From Octopus bimaculoides (taxonomy: Eukaryota), in NCBI RefSeq assembly GCF_001194135.2, contig NC_068990.1, positions 46,569,739 to 46,631,946 of the forward strand: a DNA stretch of 62,208 bases. The letters are read 5' to 3'. This document shows, one piece after another, positions 52,764 through 62,208 of this stretch. The notes under the pieces are model-generated. The model was not told the origin of the DNA. It saw only the letters and a list, made by a program, of their open reading frames with translations, and ran no database searches. The first letter of the stretch is position 1, and each line of letters starts with the position of its first letter. The position numbers and the translations under genes are program-made.

Positions 52764-53508
52764 AAGGAGGGGCGTCCTGTACAGGGGGAAAAATATATAT
52801 ACGCTACAAAACCTGGGTAATCGGCCTGATGACCTATGGCTCGGGAAGGACCTTTCACCTTTATTTCAGTTATGTACCAGCTGAAATAAGCGATTTTGAC
52901 CCGGTTGAGCACTAAAGGAATTGTCGTTTATATCCGTTTATATCGCAAGGAAATTTATGTAAATAATAGAGAAACATATAAACGAACTGTAGGCAGAATA
53001 TTAGACTCAGTGACTTCTCAAATTTTTTTTTATATATATATTACACAAAGTTTCTTTAGATTTTGGTTTTAAAGAGCAAAATTTCGATTCGCCATCAATA
53101 GCAACAACAACAACGATGATGATGAAGGAAAACTTATGCATATTTTTGTTACCAACATTGACACTCCGCAAATCACAAATTTTATTTTGGTTCGCGGGAG
53201 CAACTGTCTTCAAAGTCTTATCTTGCCGTTCATTGCTCGAAATAAGGAGTAGAAGGACAGCCGACAACTGATGAAGGGTCGTTTTTTATGTTACTTGTCT
53301 TATTTTCTATTTGTTTCTCTCGTTCTTTGCGTACCCAACGTTATTTTCGTATTTCATGTTTACGTTTTGTGGCATCCTGTACCCATTTATGCATACCTAT
53401 ATACATACATATGTATGTCTGTACATGTGTGTGTGTATATATGCATATATATATTATTTATATTATCATTTGAGTGAACGCCACGCGTAGATTTCCAAGT
53501 AAGTTTTT

Positions 53509-53560
<52 letters not shown>

Positions 53561-53644
53561 CCCCCCCCCNNNNNNNNNNNNNNNNNNNNNNNNNNNNNNN
53601 NNNNNNNNNNNNNNNNNNNNNNNNNNNNNNNNNNNNNNNNNNNN

Positions 53645-53682
<38 letters not shown>

Positions 53683-53880
53683 TACACACATGCAAATATA
53701 TGTGTATGTATGTATATACATACATACATACATGCATACATACACACTTGAAAATGTATTAAAATCGATAAAATGAGAGCAGTTACTATAGAGTGTGAAA
53801 ATCTAAAGTCACGAAAAAAATTTTTTTAAATTACAGGAAAACTCATTTATCCTCCCTCATTTATTTCTCTGTTTTCAACT

Positions 53881-53916
53881 TTTCGTTGAAGAAGGACTCT
53901 GTCCGAAACGTTGGAA
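53881..53916 (+). ncRNA. Minimal Penelope-type hammerhead motif with core substitution
   Basis: TTC-G|TTGAAGA(C3>T)-A-GGAC tct GTCC-GAAA-CGTT-GGAA: perfect 4-bp stem II, ACGT palindromic stem III, partial stem I. Confidence 0.62.
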
Positions 53917-55377
53917 TTCTCCACTCCTCACAGCACATGCATTTTACTTCTTTCATCGATTTTATCATATTATATAATCTTGCCGACGAAGACCAGCGTC
54001 AGCTTGTTAGGAATTTGTTTCATTATACATATACATATACATACATACANNNNNNNNNNNNNNNNNNNNNNNNNNNNNNNNNNNNNNNNNNNNNNNNNNN
54101 NNNNNNNNNNNNNNNNNNNNNNNNNNNNNNNNNNNNNNNNNNNNNNNNNNNNNNNNNNNNNNNNNNNNNNNNNNNNNNNNNNNNNNNNNNNNNNNNNNNN
54201 NNNNNNNNNNNNNNNNNNNNNNNNNNNNNNNNNNNNNNNNNNNNNNNNNNNNNNNNNNNNNNNNNNNNNNNNNNNNNNNNNNNNNNNNNNNNNNNNNNNN
54301 NNNNNNNNNNNNNNNNNNNNNNNNNNNNNNNNNNNNNNNNNNNNNNNNNNNNNNNNNNNNNNNNNNNNNNNNNNNNNNNNNNNNNNNNNNNNNNNNNNNN
54401 NNNNNNNNNNNNNNNNNNNNNNNNNNNNNNNNNNNNNNNNNNNNNNNNNNNNNNNNNNNNNNNNNNNNNNNNNNNNNNNNNNNNNNNNNNNNNNNNNNNN
54501 NNNNNNNNNNNNNNNNNNNNNNNNNNNNNNNNNNNNNNNNNNNNNNNNNNNNNNNNNNNNNNNNNNNNNNNNNNNNNNNNNNNNNNNNNNNNNNNNNNNN
54601 NNNNNNNNNNNNNNNNNNNNNNNNNNNNNNNNNNNNNNNNNNNNNNNNNNNNNNNNNNNNNNNNNNNNNNNNNNNNNNNNNNNNNNNNNNNNNNNNNNNN
54701 NNNNNNNNNNNNNNNNNNNNNNNNNNNNNNNNNNNNNNNNNNNNNNNNNNNNNNNNNNNNNNNNNNNNTATATATATATAGCAATTATAGTAATTGCTCG
54801 CCAAATCTATACTTCTACTCAAATTGTAATTATGTGTGTATGCGAATGTGCGTGTACGTGTTTATGTCTATGTGAATGCATCTGCATGTATGATGAGCAG
54901 TAGTTTATCTTATGTGAGAGTATTCCTGTATACGTGCTATGCTTTCGGCGTTCATCGCCTACGTAACTTTTAGCATCTTTATCATCCCTCTATCAGTACT
55001 TGTCAATGTCAATGTTTTTCTACTTTAACTAATTAATTTCTCCCTTTCAGCTAACTTTAACTTACTTTATCCCTCACGCCGCTCTTCCTATCCCTAAAAC
55101 ACAGAGCAACATACCATTTGAGGTTTATAAGTTATAGGAAGGATATACAAATACAGACACACATGCACATATACGCACATATATAATACGTATATACATA
55201 AACACATACACACAGACATATATGTGTATGTGTATATACACAGTATATATATGTATGTGTATAATTGTATACCCTGGAACAGAAGTTTCCATAGCCATCA
55301 ACATAAACTTTCTCATTCATAACGCCAGTACATTATGAAAATGTAACTTTCCCAAATAAAGTCTACTTCATATTCAA

Positions 55378-55458
55378 GGTTCTGATGAAGTTATAGGATG
55401 TTATCCTGGTACTCAACAAAGAGTCCACCACATCCCATAGCAGAAACAGCGGTAAGCT
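55378..55458 (+). ncRNA. Best-preserved minimal type-I hammerhead-like ribozyme
   Basis: GGTT|CTGATGA(55382-88); stem II GTTATAGGATGT/ACATCCCATAGC (11 of 12 pairs, incl. G-U) with inner ACTC/GAGT; GAAA 55443-46; near-palindrome ACAGCGGT; GTA site 55452-54; AGCT pairs with GGTT. Confidence 0.68.
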
Positions 55459-55649
55459 AATGAAATTCATTACATAACATTTGTTTTTTCTGGTGTCATC
55501 TCTTTGTTGATATATATATATATGAATGAAAGAAAGAAATGGAGAATTATGGGTGTATAAATAATTTATTTGTATGATATAAGGTTGAAAGTTTTATAAA
55601 AACATATATACACACATATATATAGAGAGAATAAATATACACACAGTAT

Positions 55650-55754
<105 letters not shown>

Positions 55755-57369
55755 CTTATACATATATGTCTGCGTTTGTGTCTGGAAGTATGTGTATGTA
55801 TTTATGCAGAAGGGCATGTATGTAATGTTTTAAGCAATTTTACAGTCATCTTGAGGTTTTTCAATAGTTTTTCTTTATTAGATTAAAATGTTAATTTTTG
55901 ATTTTGCCCTATATTGTTCAATCAAATGCCAAAAAAGAAAAAAAAATCATTTAAATATTAGTAGTAATTTATCACATTAATCATAGTTTTTTAAAGCTTC
56001 CTCTATTTTTTTATGATGCACTTTCTTAAAAATTGTTCTTCGCAATTTTTTAATGTTTTGAATATCAGAAATTCAGAATTCGTAAAAATGATTTTTAAAA
56101 AAACAATAAGTAATTTGAATCTAATGTTCTATAACCGCATTTATGCATGAATAATGAAAATGTATTTGTTATAATATCGCTATAAGTTTTCAAAGTAATG
56201 AATGCAACATGTATTCGATAATGAAAAAGTATATAATGTTTCACTTATTACAAATTGAAAATGCCGTGCCAGTTTATTAAGGATGAAAACGTAATTATAA
56301 ATGCAAGCAAAATGCATTTATGCACTTCAAATATACAAGAAGTGTTACATATACGAGACGAAAGAACATTTTAAAATCGTAAAACGCATACATATTAAAA
56401 AATGCATCCATAAATTCCATAAACCCCAATCAGTATCTGATTAGAAAAAGAAGAATACTAGTTTCGTTTTTACAGGTTTGAGATGTCTGATGTGCAAAAC
56501 ATAAAAATCAGGAGTTAGTTTTTTTTTTTATTTTCACGCTTTTAATAATTTTTTTAAAAAAATTATAATTTAAAGGCAAATGAAAAAAGTTACGAGAAGG
56601 CGAAAAATCCACGCTTATACAAAAAAAAGTGCAAATTTAGCTGGCATTCATTTTCTTTTAAAATGTGAACTGCATTTTAATATAATGTTGATATAATACT
56701 ACATCATGTATCCCTGCATTAGTATACATATTCAATACATTGCATTTATCGAGATTTTATAGTGAAGATAAATACGACATATCTCCTATTGAAACTCTAC
56801 GGAGTCATCTAAGTTTATATTCATTGTTATAAAACAATTTTGCATTATAAAATCATTACTATGAAAATTATTGATTTCAAATAATTATTCGTTCGTTTCA
56901 TTAGAACTTATTGAAAAGTATCTTTCGTACAGAGCCTTACCAGGTCTAATTTTTTTTACATAAAATAAATTTAAACATGACTATAGTAAATGGGGATAAA
57001 TTGGTTTTAAAAGATGCTGACAATCATAATTTACTCCGGGAATCTAGATTAAATCAGAACTGTTTTATCTATACTATTCACGAAGAAGTTTTAAGCTTCA
57101 TAAAAATGTGTAATAAAAAAAAAAAACATAGAACCTAAAATGAAATTTTATTCAAACGTTTCCTTTTATTTCCTCGGATCGCATTTGATCATTGGTTCTA
57201 CAACAGTAACAACTTGACATAATTCCAGCTTCCACTTCAACTCTGTCATCAAGAACCGACTAGTTTTCAATTTGTGTATACCGCCTGGAGTTCATTGGTA
57301 ATAAATTCATCGTTTATACATGTTTCCGTGCTTGTTGTAATTCAATTACATTTGAAAAAAAGATCAAAA

Positions 57370-58438
57370 GAAAAAGAATAACATACTCTGAATAATCCTC
57401 TCTGAGACTTGCTTCCATAATATCACTAGCAGAGGTAATGTATCGAGTAGAGAAAGTGTTTTCGTGTATGTATTTGCATGAAATTGACTTTGACTATCAT
57501 CGAATTGGGTTAAAATTTTGTACTAATTTCTCTAATGCCTTGAATACATGACTGAGTTGACGACGTAGTGTTTCAAAGTAAGAAAATTACTTTGATACTC
57601 TTTAATGACAAATTATTTATGTGCATTACAAATGTCAACCAACAAGGTAATTTTTCGTTCTAATTCCAAATCCAATTTAAGTAACTAATTGTTAAAAATC
57701 ATCCACACATGCGCAGTAAAACAGAAATTAGCAGATAAGCGTTTGATTGCCTTAAAACACCAAGAATTTATACTTTTTCCAACGATAAGAAACTTTCGTT
57801 TTTATCTCTTCATATTAACACAACAAAGAGCTGCCATTCGCTCTTTTGAAGATGTAAATACTTTGGTATTTTCATTTTTAAACGAATAAATTTATTGGAA
57901 TATTGCACGAAAATAAAGCTTCGTTTCGGTTGCGTTGTAAATATTCTTAGAAGAATACTCAGCAATAATTTTTTATAACTCTTTTTTTAATTCAGACGCC
58001 ATCAGGTAGAAAAATCAACACTTTTGCCATCGCCATGAAGGCGGTTATACACATTCTTTCTCTTTATTTCCTGTTAAACCATCAAGCAGTTAGTGTATAG
58101 TTTCTATATACATTTTTCTTCCAGTATATTTTGCTTCGTAACAAATCAGAGTCTATTAACTGAAGCATTCTTTTCACGAATATTGCCAAATCAAATTTTC
58201 AGTGCTGATTCAATTTCACTATCTTTAGATTGTACCTTCTTATGATCTGTGTTCTTATTAATAAGTATAGGTTTTTCAACATCACAATAAAAAAAAAAAT
58301 CTTATTCCATTGTAACTTTTCTTTTAAACGAACTGAAATATTGCGCTGACTCATTCTGGATAATTTACCATAGCACTCCAATAACTGTAGTTTTTGAAGA
58401 CACTAATCTTTACGTTTCTTATTTACTTCTTTTGTCAT
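57370..58438 (-). mobile_element. pogo/Tigger transposase fossil (CENP-B HTH + DDE_1)
   Basis: Colinear, frameshifted motifs: YGKLSRMSQRNIS; SEIESALKI*F; LHGDGKSVD; KNIYNATETKLYF (DIFNADETGLF); SKERMAALCCVN; KFLIVGKS..CFK; RKITLLVDICNAH; NTTSSTQ; LLDTL..L...WKQVSERIIQ. Confidence 0.88.
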
Positions 58439-58604
58439 GATGAAAGATTTTTTAATAATCACCCATTGAAATTCACAATTTTGCTGATTGGGCTGTCTTA
58501 CAGATTTCACGAAAGAAACAAAGTCACAGATGACGTATCACTTCCAGCTCAATTCTGACCTTAAATACGATTAAATAGATAACAAAATCCAATGNNNNNN
58601 NNNN

Positions 58605-59013
58605 GAGTACATTGCGGCTCACAGCCTTGCGAGTGAAGTGCGGTTGGAAGGATGATTTTACAAAATCTAAGCAATTCGATCTCGCTTCACTGTCCACATA
58701 TAGAAACGTCCTCGAGTAACATGTTCGACGAAGAAACTTTCAGACCAGGATATGGAAGCTCACAAACATTGCAAAGCCTTCAGTGCCTCGACCAGACGAA
58801 GGACATGGATGGACAATCGAAGCTGGAATCATGAAACCGAAGTGGACAGAGGGTGGAGTGATGCCCCATCAGTTGGTGGATATTCTGAAAGAAGAACTTG
58901 CAGATGAAACCTGCGCATCAGATTCTGAACTTGATAGTGACAGTGAAGTTAGTGAAAGTGATTTCCTTGATAGAGTAGAATCGGATAGTGATACTGAAGG
59001 TGATGGTGATTAA
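58605..59013 (+). mobile_element. C-terminal fragment of a DNA-transposon protein (Academ-like), one in-frame stop
   Basis: LRVKCG..KQFDLASLSTYRNVLE*HVRRRNFQTRIWK..IAKPSVPRPDEGHGW..IMKPKW.EG.VMP.QLVDIL, then an acidic tail. Resembles the (LPP)xxxxLxxHxRRxNYQxxIWK...GHGW motif. Superfamily assignment is from memory and tentative. Confidence 0.6.
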
Positions 59014-60754
59014 TATTAATCGGACACTTGAAATGACTCATGAATGTAATAGATGGTTCACAAATAATGTTGTCATCTTTGACAATTATGTGGCGTATGT
59101 GGATGGGACAAAGTCCAATGCATTACAAAATTAATGAAACTAAGAACAGTTATAACTGTCGTGAAAATAAGATACAACCAGGTAAGAATTAGGATGAATG
59201 CTTATTGGAAATGTGTTAATTCAAATTTTAATGATCCGAAGGGTGCTCAGCTGAGATTTCTAACTCAACTTTAAAGCAAACTCGTATATCCATTGTTTTA
59301 ATTCTATGTATATATACCTACCAGGAAGGAAGGTAACTGCCGCAACACTTGAAATCGATCTTGTTTAAACTTGAGAGATAGAAAGTATTATACAAGCCGG
59401 CATTTGTTTCAATATTAAAATTATATGGCACATTTCATAACGACCATGTGTAACAAACTGCTATGGTATAGGTAGGGTCAACTTTTGTTTACTTTTGATT
59501 TCAACAACTTCTTAGCGTAATTTGATGTTTCATTTTATAGATCAACTCAAATGTCATCTTCTGTGGCCATTTGCAATGATTCAAAGAAATATTCCAAAGT
59601 ACCACTTGCTAGATTTTGCCTTACTTCTATTCGACACATTCAGTAATACGTACAAAACAGAATGTAAAAGTGCAGAAATATCTCACATTCCATGGAGTAA
59701 ATTACTTCTTTTCAATTTGTTTTTACTTCTGGTATTAAAAAGCACAAGCAAACCTTCGTTTTGATTAATTTTCAAAAAAAAAAAAATGTAATATTGTTTT
59801 GGTGGTAAATAAAACCTGTGAATGCAAGATATTATAGGTAAAGGTCTAATTTTCTGTCTCCAGCTGTAAAAGTGGACGTGGTCAAAAAGTCCATTGCAGG
59901 TTTTTTGCTGGCAACATCAATTTTCTGACTTATTAGACTCAGGGCTACATGAAAATTAAAGTAAATCACAAGGGTGGTGATTGTTTAGATCTAGTATAAA
60001 ATATATATTTCACTCACTATTTTTTTCTTTCCATCATTTGTGGACACGTTTTTATATCTCATCAGTACATCTCATGGATAATTCAAGTCGCAGTTGACTT
60101 TTTCTGAGTTATTTATAAACACAGATCTATAAGAAAAACAAAATGAAATAAATACGTCCAGCTTGGTGCCTCCGTCCTCAAAACTGGGTGCATTTAGCAA
60201 CATTAAAAAAATTTTCACCAAAGATATTTATTCATATTGGTGAAGTTTTGCTTGTTATGGAGGAGACCGGCATTTTTGTTCGGTAGCATTATTCTAGTTT
60301 CGATGAAGTATATTCATATATATTTTTGATAAAATTTTACATCACCGACTTACTCAGGTTTCCACATCTTCATATCTCATCATCAAAGCTAATGGTTATT
60401 TGTTAAATTGAAAGTTATTAGAATTTTGTATAAACATAATATCATGTGTGCTATACATTGTTTCTGATTATAAACAACCTGTGGTTTTTTTATTGGAAAT
60501 GGAGCATCGTTGCGTGACATAATAACTTTACACAACAAAAATATTGATTTGATCCATTCTATGCAAAGTGCCAGCTTTTATTAAGCTCATTTACCAGATA
60601 TTTTCGACTCAGTGTCCGGATCAACATTCCACTTCTATACCCCTGTAGCGCTAGAGATGTATTATTGCAAGCAAGGTTAGTTTGATTGTTTATTAATATG
60701 AGTCTTATAACATCAGAATAATCAATTACTGATTTTTTAATGTATTTAATACAT

Positions 60755-60802
60755 AATGAGTGGTTACGTGACAAACTGTTATGCAAATAACACTCTTCAG
60801 TC
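60755..60802 (-). ncRNA. Hammerhead-like remnant (core and stem II only)
   Basis: Minus strand CTGAAGA-GTGTTA...GTAACCACTC; the GAAA half is lost. Confidence 0.3.
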
Positions 60803-61395
60803 GTTACCAGCGAAATATATAGGTGGGTAAAAAAAAGTCACAGACAACCATAGAAAGAAACAGTAAAAGAGAAAAAATGAAAGGAGAGACTTTAGTTGTA
60901 CAAGTATCCAAGGAAGAGGAGGAGCTATTAATGACAACATAAAAATAATAAATAAATAATTAAACATTCTCGGATACAGCTCGCTTCATGAATCCGAGCT
61001 ACAAGTTTGGTTAAAAAATATGTAATAATTTGAACTCTTCACAATAGATTTTTTAAACTTAATAGTAGATAAATATATATTTTATTAAATTCAAAGATGT
61101 TACAACCCAGTAAGAAAGGTGGCGATAATTTAATTCCCTTAAGATTTTGTAAGCAAAGGTGTCCTATTTCTTTCTTTTTTTTTTTTTCTCGTTATGGTTG
61201 AAATTTTTGACCCGAATATTTATATATTCATTTATTTTTCAATATTTCTATCATATATGTTATTTTTAATTACTCTTCCTAGGTTATTTATACAACTGTA
61301 ATCTCACATCTTTTTTCTATTTTTTTTGTGTTTTTCCATTTTCAGTCTACTTGATATAGGAGAAACTTGATTCTACCAATGTATTTCGGTTGTGG

Positions 61396-61456
61396 CAACT
61401 GAAGAGAATTATCGTAACAATTATTTTTTTATGTAACGACTTGAAATGTACGTCTT
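61396..61456 (+). ncRNA. Decayed minimal hammerhead-like motif
   Basis: CAA|CTGAAGA(61399-405)...GTAACGACTT-GAAA(61443-46)-ATGTACGT (ACGTACGT with CpG decay)-GTC site-TT. Confidence 0.5.
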
Positions 61457-62208
61457 AAATACATTCAAAATATCAGTAATTACTTTCGTGATTATTGTAA
61501 TACGTGTGTGTATGTGTGTATACGTACGTGTGGGTGTGTGTGAGAGTGAGTGTGCGTGTGTGTGTATATATACCATCCTAATAAAATGAATATACTTGAA
61601 ACAAAGTGTACTGGGACGCCATGGCATTTTGCATGAGTGCGCTGCGGTTTATTATATGTCTAAAATTACATTAATTCTTAGCGAAATGGAGATCTTAGTT
61701 GGAACAAACTGTGATTAGTTAATTAAATACACTATGAATAATCATCATTCATTATACAACAAACTTCAGCTAGCAATCAGCATTTTTATTACATCTTTAT
61801 ATTGACATACTTTCATAATTTCATAAGTTAATCTCAGTGGACGATGTCTCGTCCAACTTATCCTAACTCTGCAAGCTCCATATTGATGTTGAAACTTATG
61901 TGTGTGTGTGTGTGTGTGTGCGTGTGTGTGTGTGTGTGTGTTGTGTGTGTGCGAGCATGTAAGAGTGTGTGGGTGAGCGCGTGCGTAACATTTATTTGTT
62001 TCAGTAATAGGACTGCGGCCATGCCCAGACAACGCCTTGAAGGGTTCAGTCTAATAAATCCCAGTACATATTTTATCGGTTCTTTTGACGAACTGCTAAG
62101 TTATAGTATCTTAAACATACCAACAAACGGTGATCGAGAACAAACATAAAGACACACACACACAGTTATATATATATGTATAATCTATCTATCTATTTGT
62201 ATATATAT

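Noticed and set aside
55069-55094. 28-nt minus-strand micro-exon (TTTTAG|GGATAGG..ATAAA|GTAAGT)
   Set aside because: Not a multiple of three, two frames have stops, and such motif pairs arise by chance in 60 kb.
59052-59764. Plus-strand exon pair (59053-59181 CAG|GTAAGA, 59541-) and weak P-element/hAT-like motifs
   Set aside because: Phase-compatible, but weak first acceptor, unrecognisable peptide and inconsistent motif order and strand.

Overview
AT-rich, microsatellite-saturated, gappy animal genomic DNA. The SINE families and simple-repeat load point to a cephalopod, probably Octopus (inference, no search run). Nearly all ORF-track entries are repeat or N-gap artefacts, and no complete host gene is visible. 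Supported content: (1) transposon fossils: CR1/L2 3' end (6.3-6.6 kb), RTE RT fragment (21.2-21.6 kb), internally deleted Helitron (25.0-25.8 kb), fold-back mariner derivative (25.9-26.4 kb), three degenerate C2H2 fingers (29.7-30.0 kb), pogo/Tigger transposase (57.4-58.4 kb), an Academ-like ORF tail (58.6-59.0 kb) and two MITEs; (2) dozens of SINE copies of about four families, including an 8-copy tandem array at 43-45 kb; (3) two candidate minus-strand 5' coding exons (39.3 and 47.5 kb) and CRE/AP-1 clusters, suggesting the 5' region or long introns of a multi-promoter gene; (4) the least obvious signal: about seven minimal hammerhead-ribozyme-like motifs of Penelope/retrozyme type (CUGANGA-stem II-GAAA-palindromic stem III-GUH), from several sequence families and in varying states of decay, with no Penelope ORF in view.
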